From an uncultured delta proteobacterium (GTDB lineage Bacteria > Myxococcota > Myxococcia > SLRQ01), in NCBI GenBank assembly GCA_963727485.1, contig CAVSGM010000011.1:128001-192000 (forward strand): a stretch of DNA of 64,000 nucleotides. The letters are read 5' to 3'. How positions within the stretch are numbered: the stretch's first letter is position 1; every line of letters starts with the position of its first letter. The notes below the pieces were generated by a model. That model saw only the letters and a program-made list of their open reading frames with translations, was not told the origin of the DNA and did not search any database. A program made the position numbers and the translations under genes. This document shows, piece after piece, positions 10,005 through 20,506 of the stretch.

Positions 10005-11618
10005 ATGAAGAAGATCCTGGGCGGGGTGGTGGCGGCGGCGGTGGTGGCCGCGGTGGCGGTGGCGGTGCTCCGGCACGGCGCCTCGACCCCGGTGCTGGAG
10101 GGGGTCCCGGCGGACGCGACCTCGGTGGTGTGGGTCCCGGACCTCGGGCGCCTGACCACCCAGGCGCAGGTGGCGGCGAAGGCCCTGGACCTGGAGGCCC
10201 AGCTCGAGGGGCCCCTGCGCAGCCTCTCGGCCCAGCTCGGCTTCGACCTCACCGATCCCCAGGCGGTGGCGGGCGCCGGCCTCGCCCCCCACGGCGGGGT
10301 GGCGGTCTGCACCCTCCCCGGGTCGGCCGCGCCGGTGGTGGCCCTGGAGGCGAGCGCCCCGGGCCGCCTCGACGCCACCGTGCGCCGGGTGCTTCGCCAG
10401 CGGTGGGCCCGGACGGTCGCCACCTCGACCCAGGGCGGGGTGAAGGTGACCGTGGCCACCGGGCCCCTCCACACCGCGGCCTGGGCCTTCCGGGACCGGG
10501 TGCTGGTCATCTCCGAGGGCGACGGCGCCGCGGACCGGGTGGCGGCGGTGGTGAAGACCCTCCACGGCCTCGCCGACGATCCGGCCTTCCGCGCCGCCCG
10601 GGGCCACCTCCAGGACGCGGCCCTGGTGAGCTACGCGACCCACGGCCTGGCCAAGGCCCTGGGCGCCCGGGTCCCCGGGCTCAAGACCACGGGCCTGGGG
10701 ATCTCCTTCTCGAAGCAGGGCGCCACGGTGCGCGGCTACGCCAGCCTCGACGCCGCCGGTCGCCGGGCCCTGGCGCCGCTGGCCCCCTCCGGGGACGCCG
10801 GCGCCCTCCTCGACCGGGTGGACCCCGGCGCCATCGTGGTCCTGCGTCTGTCCGGCGACCCGGTCGCCGCCTGGAAGCAGCTCCCGGCCGGGCAGCTCCC
10901 GCCGCGCCTCGCCCGGCTGAAGCGGGCCCTGGGCGCCGCCCACCTCGATCCCGCCACCGACCTGCTCCCGCTCCTCGGCCACGACGCGGTCCTCGGGGTG
11001 CGCCTGGCCCCGGCGCCGGACCTCTCCAGCGGCATCCCCAGCCTCGACCCCCGGCGCACCAACCCCTTCCACTACCTCACGGCCACCGCCCAGGTGCCCC
11101 TCACCGATCCCGCGAAGGCGGCGAAGGTCCTGCCCCAGGTGGCCCGCGCCCTGGGGCCGGCGCTCGGAGCCGCCGTGACCCGCGCCCAGGTCGACGGCAT
11201 CGACGCCTTCACCGTCCGCTACCAGCTCGGGGAGGGGATGACCTTCGGGGTCGTGGGCCACACCCTTGTCGCCGCCGGGGGCGCCCACGCCTTCCGGGAC
11301 GCGGTGGCGCGGATCCAGAGCGCCGCCGGGGGCTACCCCAAGGCCGTGGGCGATCCCCGGGCGGTGCGCCGCCTCGCCCGGCGCGGCTCCGCCTCGGGCC
11401 TCCTCGACGTGGACACCCTCCTCGCGGCGGTGCGGGGCCTGCCGGCGTCGTCGCTCGGCGGGGGCACCTTCGGGGTCATCGCCCGGGCGGCCCTCGACCG
11501 GATCACCGCGCCCCTCGAGGGCCTGCGCCTGGTCTCGGCCGACCTCGCCCCGGCGGCCGGCGGGGTCGCCTTCCACGCCCGGGTGACCTTCCACGCCCAG
11601 GGGGCCGGCGCCGGATGA
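10005..11618 (+). CDS. Secreted or membrane-anchored protein, DUF3352-like
   Basis: Signal/anchor MKKILGGVVAAAVVAAVAV; coupled to the ABC ATPase gene. Confidence 0.65.
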   Translation: MKKILGGVVAAAVVAAVAVAVLRHGASTPVLEGVPADATSVVWVPDLGRLTTQAQVAAKALDLEAQLEGPLRSLSAQLGFDLTDPQAVAGAGLAPHGGVAVCTLPGSAAPVVALEASAPGRLDATVRRVLRQRWARTVATSTQGGVKVTVATGPLHTAAWAFRDRVLVISEGDGAADRVAAVVKTLHGLADDPAFRAARGHLQDAALVSYATHGLAKALGARVPGLKTTGLGISFSKQGATVRGYASLDAAGRRALAPLAPSGDAGALLDRVDPGAIVVLRLSGDPVAAWKQLPAGQLPPRLARLKRALGAAHLDPATDLLPLLGHDAVLGVRLAPAPDLSSGIPSLDPRRTNPFHYLTATAQVPLTDPAKAAKVLPQVARALGPALGAAVTRAQVDGIDAFTVRYQLGEGMTFGVVGHTLVAAGGAHAFRDAVARIQSAAGGYPKAVGDPRAVRRLARRGSASGLLDVDTLLAAVRGLPASSLGGGTFGVIARAALDRITAPLEGLRLVSADLAPAAGGVAFHARVTFHAQGAGAG

Positions 11619-12307
11619 TCCGCCTCACCGGGGTGCGCAAGGCCTACGCCGACGGGGCGGCGACGGTGCCCGTCCTCGACGGGGTGGACCTCGAGGTCGG
11701 CGCGGGGGAGCTCCTCGCCATCCTCGGCCACAGCGGCTCCGGGAAGAGCACGCTGCTCAACCTCCTCGGGGGCCTCGACGCCGACTACCAGGGCGACATC
11801 GTCGTCGACGGGGTGCGCCTCTCGGGTCTCGACGACCGGGCCCTCTCCGCCTACCGGGCGTCGACGGTGGCCTTCGTGTTCCAGGCCTTCAACCTCCTGG
11901 CGCCGCTCACCGCCCTCCAGAACGTGCTCCTCCCCACCTGGTTCGCCCCCGGCGACGCCCCGCCCGAGGACCTCGAGGCCCGGGCCCGCGCCGCCCTCGA
12001 CCGGGTGGGCCTCGAGACGAAGGCGGGGCGGCGCCCGGATCACCTCTCCGGCGGCGAGCGCCAGCGGGTGGCCCTGGCCCGGGCGCTGATGATGCGGCCC
12101 CGGGTGCTCCTCTGCGACGAGCCCACCGGGAACCTCGACCGGGAGACCGGCGCCGGGATCATCGCGCTGTTCCGGGCGCTCGCCGACGAGGGGATCACGG
12201 TGGTCGTGGTCACCCACGAGGCCCGGGTCTCCGAGCGCGCCGATTGGGTGCTGCGCCTCGAGGACGGGCACCTGGTCGCCGGGGCCGGCGGGGAGGGTGC
12301 CCGGTGA
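11615..12307 (+). CDS. ABC transporter ATP-binding protein (LolD/MacB type)
   Basis: GHSGSGKS, LSGGERQRVALARA, LLCDEPTGNLD, VVTH. Confidence 0.95.
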   Translation: MIRLTGVRKAYADGAATVPVLDGVDLEVGAGELLAILGHSGSGKSTLLNLLGGLDADYQGDIVVDGVRLSGLDDRALSAYRASTVAFVFQAFNLLAPLTALQNVLLPTWFAPGDAPPEDLEARARAALDRVGLETKAGRRPDHLSGGERQRVALARALMMRPRVLLCDEPTGNLDRETGAGIIALFRALADEGITVVVVTHEARVSERADWVLRLEDGHLVAGAGGEGAR

Positions 12308-13594
12308 AGGCCGCGCGCCTGTGGCAGGCGACCCGCCTCAACCTCCGCCGGGACCGCCGGGGCTTCGTCCTCTCCGCCGGGGGGGTCGCGGTGGGGGTCG
12401 CCGCCTTCGTGTTCTTCGTGGCGCTGGGCCGTGGGGTGGGGCGGGTGGTGCGCGAGCGGATCTTCCCGGTGGACGCCCGGCTGGTGCGGGTGGTGCCACC
12501 GACGCTGTCGCTGGGGCGCTTCCTCGGCGGCGGGGTCCTCGACGACGGCGTGGTCGATTCGGCTCCAGGCGCTCCCCGGCGTTCGCCACGCCTGGCGGGA
12601 GCTGGCCCTGAAGGTGCCGGCGGTGAGCCGCTACGACGGCCGGTTCTTCGGCCGACCGTTGCGCCTGGGCCTGGAGATCGTCGGCGTCGGCGTCGACCCG
12701 GGCTACGTCGCAGGCGAGCTCGGCCGGGGCCGGCGCTTCGCCGATCCCGGGGACACGGGCCCGGTGCCGGTGGTGGTGGCCCGTCGCCTCCTCGACCTCT
12801 ACGACGAGAGCTTCGCCGCCGCCCGGGGCCTCCCGAGGATCACCCCCAAGATGATCGAGGGCTTCCGCTTCCCCCTCACCCTCGGCGAGAGCTACGTGAC
12901 CACCGCCGGCGTCCACGGCGCCCCGCGCACGGTGGACCTCGAGGTCGCCGGCGTCGGCGACCGGGCGATCCTCGGGGGCGTGACCCTGCCGCTTGCCACC
13001 GTGCGTCGGTGGAACGCCGCCTATGGGGTGAAGGCCAGAGGCTACCAGGCGGTGATCCTCGAGGCGGCAGACCCCGGCGCCGTCCCCGGCGTCATGGCGG
13101 CGGTGCGGCGGATGGGCTTCGAGGTGGACACCCGGGACCGGCGCCTGGCCAGCCAGGCGGGCGCGGTGGTCACCGTGACCACCGTGAGCCTCTCGCTCCT
13201 CTCGGTGCTCATCCTCGCCCTGGCGGCGGTGAACATCGCCCGGGCCGCCTTCGCCCAGGTGGCGGCCCGGACCCGGGAGCTGGGGCTGATGCGGGCGCTG
13301 GGGGCGCGGCGCGGGGACGTGCGCGCCATGGTCCTCGCCGAGGCGGCGGTGGCGGGCCTCGCCGGGGGCGTGCTGGGGGTGGTCCTGGGCGTCTCCGCCG
13401 GGCACCTCGCCGATCTCGCCGCGGCCCGGTGGCTCCCGCCGTTTCCCTTCAAGCCCGGGAGCTTCTTCGCCTACGGTGGGTGGCTGGTGCCCGCGGCCCT
13501 GGGGGCGGCGATCCTCGCCTCGATCCTCGGGGCGGTGGTGCCCGCGGCGCGGGCGGCGCGCCTGGATCCGGCGCGGGCGATCTCGGGAGGGTGA
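12304..13594 (+). CDS. ABC transporter permease, FtsX/MacB type (frameshift near 12555)
   Basis: N-terminal TM, periplasmic domain, RTRELGLMRALGARRGDV, PAARAARLDP. Confidence 0.88.
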
Positions 13595-14397
13595 CGGTGG
13601 GTGAGCCAGGGAATGGGGGCGCGGTCGGGCGCGGCGACGCGACCGGGCAGGAGGCCGGGCGCCCGGGCATCCTCGGCGAGCGGGCGGCCCGGTGGGAGGC
13701 GCTCCCGGTGCTCCTCCTCGGCGCGGTCGTGGGCTACCTCGCCGTCAGCCGCCTCGCGCTGCGCGCCGGCGCCCTGTCCGCCCCCGCCTCGGCGCTCCTC
13801 CACCTGCCCCCGGCGGGGTTCTGGATCCCGGTGGCGGCGGTGACCGCGCCGGTGGGCCTGGTGGCCCTCTGGTGCGCCCTGCGCCGGGGCTCCGCGGTGC
13901 CGGTGCGCCTCTTCTACCTCCTCGCCGCCGGCGTCCTGTTCACCCAGGTCTTCCTCCTCCCGGCGGTGCGCCTCCCGCCGACGGTCACCGCCGACTTCAC
14001 CATGACCTCGAGCCTCCAGGTGGTGGCGACGCGCCTGGCCACCCTGAGCCAGGGCGGGGCGCTCCCGGTGGACCCGGCGGTGGCCCGGCGGGCGGTGGAG
14101 GGGCTGCCCCCGCCGCCCTACCGCCGGGCCGGGGCGCCCCTCGGCCGCTGGCACCTGGTGGTGCGCGCCGGCTGCTCGGGCCCGGCGACGCGCCCGGGGA
14201 CCCTGGCGGTGGGCACCGTGGTCTACTGCGTGGCGCCGGATCGCCACGCCGGATGGCTCACCCTGGTCGGCACCGGCGGGCGCGCCCTGGGGCCCCCGGC
14301 GATGGGCCGGGACGGCCAGGGGCACCTGGTGGTGGTGCCGGTGCGTCCGAGCGACGTCCGGGACACCCTCCCGGCCCGGATCGACCGCCCCCGGTGA
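13591..14397 (+). CDS. Hypothetical membrane protein
   Basis: GTG overlaps the permease stop; three hydrophobic helices then a soluble domain. Confidence 0.65.
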   Translation: MTVGEPGNGGAVGRGDATGQEAGRPGILGERAARWEALPVLLLGAVVGYLAVSRLALRAGALSAPASALLHLPPAGFWIPVAAVTAPVGLVALWCALRRGSAVPVRLFYLLAAGVLFTQVFLLPAVRLPPTVTADFTMTSSLQVVATRLATLSQGGALPVDPAVARRAVEGLPPPPYRRAGAPLGRWHLVVRAGCSGPATRPGTLAVGTVVYCVAPDRHAGWLTLVGTGGRALGPPAMGRDGQGHLVVVPVRPSDVRDTLPARIDRPR

Positions 14398-14640
14398 CCC
14401 CCGAGAGGCCCGCCGTCGGGGCCGGCCGGTGGGGTGGGGCTCGTGTTGACGCCCGCTTCGGGGTCGGGGTACGGTCGATGGGTCACGGGTACCTGATTTC
14501 CTTCGGGAATTCCCCGGACACCGATCCCGCCCACAACCCATGAGGAGCACCACGATCCACCCGCGCGGGCCTGCCGCGTCTCCCCGGTGTCGGGGACGGC
14601 CAGGGACGGATCGAACCGGGGCTCCGGCAAGGTCGACGCC

Positions 14641-17184
14641 GTGAAGAGCGCGGTGCCATTCGGGAAGTACCTCCTCATCGACCGGGTGAACGTCGGCGGG
14701 ATGGCCGAGGTCTACAAGGCCAAGACCCGGGGTGTGGAAGGCTTCGAGAAGCTCGTCGCCATCAAGCGCATCCTCCCGAACATCGCGGAGGACGACGAGT
14801 TCATCACGATGTTCATCGACGAGGCGAAGATCAGCGTCCAGCTGACCCACGCCAACATCGCGCAGATCTACGACCTGGGGAAGATCGGCGACTCGTACTT
14901 CATCGCCATGGAGTACGTCCCCGGCAAGGACCTGCGGGCCATCTTCGACCGGATGCGCAAGCGTGGCGAGACCCTCCCGATCCCGCTGACCTGCTACGCC
15001 ATCAGCCGGGTCTGCGAGGGCCTCGACTACGCCCACCGGAAGAAGGACGCGGTGGGCCGCGACCTCAACATCGTCCACCGCGACATCTCGCCCCAGAACG
15101 TGCTGACCAGCTTCGAGGGCGAGGTGAAGCTCATCGACTTCGGCATCGCCAAGGCGGCGAACAAGGCGTCGAAGACCCAGGCGGGGATCCTCAAGGGCAA
15201 GTTCGGCTACATGAGCCCCGAGCAGGTGCGCGGCCTCCCGCTGGACCGGCGCAGCGACATCTTCGCCGTGGGCGTGGTGCTCTACGAGCTGCTCACCGGC
15301 GAGCGCCTCTTCCTCGGGGAGAGCGACTTCTCCACCCTGGAGAAGGTCCGCAACGTCGACGTGGTTCCGCCGTCGACCTACAACCGGCGCATCCCCGACG
15401 AGCTCGAGCGCATCGTGATGAAGGCGCTCACCAAGGACGTCGATCAGCGCTACCAGTGGTGCAGCGAGCTGGAGAACGACCTCCAGCGCTTCCTCATCAC
15501 CTCCGACACCATCTTCTCCCGCAAGGACCTGGCGACCTTCATGAAGGCCGCGTTCGCCGAGGACCTGGAGCGGGAGAAGCTGAAGAACCAGGAGGCGATG
15601 GGGGTCGACGTCGCCGCCGCCGTCAGCGCCGCCCCGCCCGTCGAGGAGATCTCCTTCGACGTCGACGACGACGTCGACCCGGACAGCACCGAGGTGGGCC
15701 CGATGCCCACCTCGGACCCGTCGATCACCTCGCCGGGGCCCGGGCCCGGCACCCAGCCCGGCGTCGCCCCGCCCGCGGGTCGGACGCCGCCGCCGGCACC
15801 CCCGGCCGCCCCCCAGCCGCCGCCCGGCGCCACGCCCCTCACCCCGCCCCCGGCGGCCCGCACCCCGGCGCCGCCCGCGGCGGCCCCGGTGTCGCCGCCG
15901 GCCGCCGGGCCCGGCAGCCGCCTCCCCCCCATCGTCCGGGGCCCCGGTCCCGGCGCCGGCCCCCCGCGGATGGGCCCCGGCGCCGGTGCGGCGCCCCCGC
16001 GCCGCCCGCCGCTCCCACCGATCCCCCTCGAGGACGGCCCCACCGGCGTCGGTGCCCAGCCCCAGCGTGCCCGCGACCGCGACCGCGACCGCAATCGCGA
16101 CGACGACGACCGGCGCGCCGGGGGCGGCGGCGCCCGCAAGGCCCTCTACGCCGTCGGCGGGCTCCTGCTCCTCGCGGCCGTCGGTGGGGGCGCGTGGTAC
16201 CTGGGCCACGCGGGGCCCAACGGCGCCGCCCCCGGGGTGCTGATCATCCGCGGCAGCCCCACCGGCGCCAAGGTCAGCGTCGACGGGGCCGAGGTCGGCG
16301 ACGTCCCCTACATCGACTCCAAGATGACCGTGGGCGAGCACCAGGTGAAGGTCGTCGCCGCCGGGTACCGCCCCTACCAGAAGCAGGTGGCGGTCCTCCC
16401 CGGTCAGACCGCCACGGTGACCGCGACCCTCAAGGAGGCGTCCCACCCCAAGGCGAGCGTCCTGGTGGTCACCGTGCCCCTCGACACCGAGGTCCTCCTC
16501 GATGGGAAGGTGGTCAAGGACGGCGGCCAGTCCCCCTGGCAGTCCAAGAGCGTCGCCGCCGGGACCTCGCACACCATCGTGGTGCACAAGCCGGGCTTCC
16601 GCGACCGCACCTTCACCTGGACCCCGGAGGCCGGCTCGGACAAGACCTTCACCGCCCAGCTCGCCTCGGCGCAGGTGACGGTGGTCGTCGACTCCACCCC
16701 CAGCCACGCCGAGGTCTTCCTCGACGGCGACAAGAAGGGCGAGACGCCCCTGACCCTCAAGGACGTCGACGCCACCGAGAAGCACGCGCTCAAGATCACC
16801 CACGCCGGGTGCTACCAGGACTACACCAGCACCCTGCTCATCGAGGACGGGCTGAGCACCAAGACCGTCGACGCCACCCTCGACAAGAAGCCCGGGTGCG
16901 GTGAGCACCACGCGGAGGTGGTACGCCACCCGCACCCGCGCCACCACCCCCGGGCCGCGGCGGCGCCGGTGGGCAACGGCACCCTGCGCCTGAACACCAA
17001 GCCGGGCTGGGCCTCGGTGTGGGTCGACGGGAAGAACACCGGGCGGCAGACGCCCCTGCTCGGCTACCAGCTCCCCGCGGGGACCCATCGGGTCACCCTC
17101 AAGGCCCCCAACGGAAAGCGCAAGGAGCTGCAGGTCACCATCCGCCCGGACAAGGTCACGACCAAGATCGTGACCATGGACTAG
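14641..17184 (+). CDS. Hanks-type Ser/Thr protein kinase with TM helix and extracellular PEGA domains
   Basis: GGMAEVYKA, VAIKR, HRDISPQN, DFG, YMSPE; Pro-rich linker; TM; PEGA repeats (STPSHAEVFLDG, GETPL). Confidence 0.95.
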   Translation: MKSAVPFGKYLLIDRVNVGGMAEVYKAKTRGVEGFEKLVAIKRILPNIAEDDEFITMFIDEAKISVQLTHANIAQIYDLGKIGDSYFIAMEYVPGKDLRAIFDRMRKRGETLPIPLTCYAISRVCEGLDYAHRKKDAVGRDLNIVHRDISPQNVLTSFEGEVKLIDFGIAKAANKASKTQAGILKGKFGYMSPEQVRGLPLDRRSDIFAVGVVLYELLTGERLFLGESDFSTLEKVRNVDVVPPSTYNRRIPDELERIVMKALTKDVDQRYQWCSELENDLQRFLITSDTIFSRKDLATFMKAAFAEDLEREKLKNQEAMGVDVAAAVSAAPPVEEISFDVDDDVDPDSTEVGPMPTSDPSITSPGPGPGTQPGVAPPAGRTPPPAPPAAPQPPPGATPLTPPPAARTPAPPAAAPVSPPAAGPGSRLPPIVRGPGPGAGPPRMGPGAGAAPPRRPPLPPIPLEDGPTGVGAQPQRARDRDRDRNRDDDDRRAGGGGARKALYAVGGLLLLAAVGGGAWYLGHAGPNGAAPGVLIIRGSPTGAKVSVDGAEVGDVPYIDSKMTVGEHQVKVVAAGYRPYQKQVAVLPGQTATVTATLKEASHPKASVLVVTVPLDTEVLLDGKVVKDGGQSPWQSKSVAAGTSHTIVVHKPGFRDRTFTWTPEAGSDKTFTAQLASAQVTVVVDSTPSHAEVFLDGDKKGETPLTLKDVDATEKHALKITHAGCYQDYTSTLLIEDGLSTKTVDATLDKKPGCGEHHAEVVRHPHPRHHPRAAAAPVGNGTLRLNTKPGWASVWVDGKNTGRQTPLLGYQLPAGTHRVTLKAPNGKRKELQVTIRPDKVTTKIVTMD

Positions 17185-17603
17185 CTGGGGAGTGCCGACA
17201 GGTTGTCCAGGCTGCCCGGATCGAGGCGGCTGATGATGCGCCCCAGCGTCTTCACGTCGAGGTGGAGGCGCTCGCCGGGCTCACTGCGCTCGTAGCGACG
17301 GGGTGGGATCTTCGGATCAAGAGCGCCGGCTCGGGCTGGCCGGTGCCGCCTCCCGAGCCGTGACACTGTGGAGCTGCCGAGCCGTAGCCGCCCAGCGATC
17401 GCCTTGCCGGACATCCGATGCTGCCGCCGGAGCTGCAGCGCCCGTTCACGCCGGTCCTGCGGGACCTGCCGCGGCATCCGACGGGGCCGCGAGGTACGGT
17501 CCAGCAGGCCCGACTGGCCTGGCTCCCCATACCGCCGCGGCCACTTGTAGGCGGTGCGCTCGCCGAGGCCCGCTGCGCCGGCAGCGTCGGCTGCGTCGCT
17601 GCC
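17181..17603 (-). mobile_element. IS481-family transposase remnant (internally deleted)
   Basis: ERTAYKW..RY...GLLDRTSRP HTH region and RRYERSEPGERLHLDVKTLGRI joined directly to a C-terminal DNLSALPS stop; catalytic core absent. Confidence 0.8.
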
Positions 17604-18860
17604 CTACCAGCCCTCGGTGCCGTCCTCGTTGTCGAGGGGGTCGTCGCTCGACGACTTCTTGTGCGACTTGTCGGTGTCGTCGACGTCGAGGTCGCGCTTT
17701 TTCCCGTTGGCGCCCTTGTGGCCGAACCAGCCGCCGGTGCCGTTGTCCCGGTCGAGGGGGTCGCTGGAGGTCACCATGTGGTCGTGGTGGCTCCGGGCGT
17801 CCTGGAGCAGCTTGCCGATGAAGCCGTCGATGTTCGCCTGGAGGTTGAAGTCGCCGTCGGGGAAGTTGGTGCGCCGGGTGGCGAGGCGCTTCTGGCTGCC
17901 CATGCTCACGATCCAGGTGTCGAGGTTCACCTCGCCGTAGGTGTGGGAGACCACGCCGTACACGACCCAGTCGCAGCCCACGTACTGGCCGAGCTTGATC
18001 ATCGCGGTGCCCACCTTGCCCCGGGCGAACTCGCGTCCCACCTCCTGCACCACGATCTGCACCTTCTTGAAGTCGGGGGTGGGCTCGAGGCCGGCGTGGA
18101 TGGTGGCGTCCTCGGTGGGGGTGATGTTCACGACCTTGCCCCAGGGCTGGGTGCCCAGGCTCTCGAGGCGCATCACGTGGCGGCCGGTGGGGATCTTGTC
18201 GAGGCTCGTCGGGGTGAAGCCGACCTGCTTGTCGTCGAGGAAGATCCGGGCGCCGGAGGGCTTGCTGTAGACCGAGACCGAGCCCATGGACCCGCTCTTG
18301 ATGCCCTGGCGCACCTGGCCGACCACCTGCTTGAGCGAGGGGTCGAAGGTCTTGGTGTCGACCCGGTAGTCGGGCTGGTAGAGGAGCAGCTCCCGGTAGA
18401 CCGCCTTGCCGTCCTGGGTGTCGCCCTGGAGGATGTAGGTGGCGGCGAGGTAGGCGAGCGCCTTGGGGTACTCGGGGACGTCGTCGATCCACGCCGCCTG
18501 CTTGCGGAGGATCTTCAGCGCCTGCTGGAACGAGGTGACCGCCTGATCGAACTGCACCGCGGTGAAGTGCTGGATGCCCTCCTGGAGCGACGCCTGGGCC
18601 GCCTTCCGGGCCCGGTTGACCGCCGGCGGCTCCTTGACCCCGAAGACCTTGGTGAGGTCGATGACCCGGAGGTCATGGTCCTGGCGGAGGGTGTGCTCGA
18701 CCATCCCGCCGAGCTTGGTGGCCCAGGTGACCGAGTCGTCGTCGTTGGGGACCAGGAACACCTGGATCCGGGGGCCGGCGAGGGCCCGGGCGGCGGGGCC
18801 GCCGGCGACGAGGACGGCGAGGGCGAGGAGGGCGAAGGGACGGAAGCTTGGACCACGCAT
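17604..18860 (-). CDS. Secreted PEGA-domain protein with helical repeat
   Basis: Signal peptide; SKPSGARIFLDDKQVGFTP PEGA motif. Confidence 0.85.
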   Translation of the reverse strand: MRGPSFRPFALLALAVLVAGGPAARALAGPRIQVFLVPNDDDSVTWATKLGGMVEHTLRQDHDLRVIDLTKVFGVKEPPAVNRARKAAQASLQEGIQHFTAVQFDQAVTSFQQALKILRKQAAWIDDVPEYPKALAYLAATYILQGDTQDGKAVYRELLLYQPDYRVDTKTFDPSLKQVVGQVRQGIKSGSMGSVSVYSKPSGARIFLDDKQVGFTPTSLDKIPTGRHVMRLESLGTQPWGKVVNITPTEDATIHAGLEPTPDFKKVQIVVQEVGREFARGKVGTAMIKLGQYVGCDWVVYGVVSHTYGEVNLDTWIVSMGSQKRLATRRTNFPDGDFNLQANIDGFIGKLLQDARSHHDHMVTSSDPLDRDNGTGGWFGHKGANGKKRDLDVDDTDKSHKKSSSDDPLDNEDGTEGW

Positions 18861-18942
18861 GCGCCCAGCCTACCAGGGCCCGGGGGGCGCCGGGGTCGGT
18901 CGATCGGCCGAAGGGTCGATCCGCGCCGGGGCGGGCCGCCGG

Positions 18943-20362
18943 CTAGGGCACGCCGAGGACGATGAGCCCGGGGCGGCGATCCGGGGCCCCCGACGAGGCC
19001 AGGGCCGCGGCGGTGCCGGCGATCACCGCCACCCCGGCGCCGGTGGCGGCCCAGAACCACCAGGTCCGGGCAAAGGGCGGGAGCTTGAAGCTCACCGGGG
19101 GCGGGGGCTTGGGCAGGGGCGCCGGCTCGGCGGCGACCTTGGGCAGCCAACCCCGGCCGAGGCCGTCGAGGTCCCGGCCCCGGCGGGCGTCGCCATCGGC
19201 GAGGACCAGGGAGGTCGTCGCCACCCGCAGGCCCTTCGCCGGGGCGTAGGCGGTGAGGTGGAGCACCGGCGGGCCCTGCTTCGCCGGGACCACGCGACCG
19301 AGAACCAGCCGGTCGGCGGGGAAGCGCGCGGCGAGGGCGGCGGCGGCCTTGGGGAGCTTCTGGGGACCGGCGGCGGCGGTGGCGGCCCCGGCGGCCTTGG
19401 CGTAGGCGCCGGCGAGGGGGCCCGCGTCGAGGCGGACCTTCACCGGTGGGCCCACCCCGGCGGCGACGTCGGTGGTGAGGACCTCGGGGAGCCGCCCCCG
19501 GCGCGCGATCACCAGGAGGTGGGTGCCCACGGTGACCTTCTCCAGGGTCAGGGGGGTCACGCCGCGCCAGCGTCCGTCGATGAGCACGTTGGCCCCGGCG
19601 GGGGCGCTGACCACGGTGAGCGGCGCCTGGGGCCGGGCGGCGACCTCGACCCGGGCGCCGTTGAAGGCCTTCGCCAGCGGCGGCGAGAAGATCGTCGGGT
19701 CGGGCTGGTGATCGGGGTCGAGGAGGAGGGCGCGGACGAAGGCGGCGTGGGCGGCGTCCTGGTCCCCGGCGAGGAACCGGGTGGCCCCGAGGAAGACCAG
19801 GGCCCGGACCAGGGGCGCCGGGGTGGCCAGGGCGGGCAGCCCGGCGGTGAAGGCCTTGGCGGCGTCCTCGAAGTCGTTGCCGGCGTGGTCGAGGTCGAGG
19901 TTGTCGTAGGCCTTGCGGCCCTCGGCGAAGGCCTGGCGCCCGTCCTCGAGGTGCCCGGCGAGGGCGGCTGCCGCGGGGCCGAGGAGGATCGGCGCCGGGT
20001 CGTAGGGGCGGACACCGGGGTCGGCGGAGAGGGCGGCGGTGAGGCGGTGCTGGGCCTCGGCGGCGAGGGCGACGTCGCCGTGCTCGGCGGCGGTGACCAC
20101 CACCAGGACCCGGGGCGCGGCCGGGTGCGCCGGGGCCGCGGGGGCGGCGGGCTTCGCCGCAGCGGCGTGGGCGGGCGCGGCGTCGGGCGCGGCGGGCGCG
20201 GGCGGGCGCGGCGTCGGAGGGCGCGGCGTCGGAGGGCGCGGCGGCAGCGTCGGCCGGGGCCGCCGGGGCGTCCCCCTCCGCGCGGGCCGCGCCGGGGACG
20301 ATCGCGAGGCTGAGGATCAGGAGCCCGGGGAGGGCGGAGGCAGGCCAGCGCATCCCCTCCAT
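18943..20362 (-). CDS. PEGA-domain protein with C-terminal membrane anchor (frameshift in low-complexity linker, about 20160-20210)
   Basis: Signal peptide in ORF starting 20362; [23 protein letters not shown] plus TM at the C-terminus. Confidence 0.8.
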
Positions 20363-20407
20363 GCTCCGCCCCCGCCCGCGCGGGTGTCAAGCGCGGATCG
20401 CCCTGGC

Positions 20408-20437
20408 TTTACAGGGGATCCGGGCCACTGCTACAAC
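20408..20437 (+). promoter_or_regulatory. Sigma-70-like promoter upstream of top6B
   Basis: TTTACA-N18-TACAAC with TGn extended -10. Confidence 0.4.
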
Positions 20438-20506
20438 CCTCGCCTACCGACGCCGGTCGCGACGCGATCCGTCGCCCCCGGCCCCGATCCGGAGGTTGAA
20501 GCGCCC

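Noticed and set aside
13471..17088. Very long antisense or alternative-frame ORFs (also most of 24048..28913 and 55797..59726, and 45343..48195)
   Set aside because: Shadow ORFs caused by high GC; they overlap well-supported genes and are Arg/Pro/Gly-rich with no recognisable motifs.
20160..20245. Short GC-rich tandem repeats (also 16072-16110 and 32020-32062)
   Set aside because: They encode low-complexity Ala/Pro/Asp/Arg linkers inside CDSs and are not independent elements.
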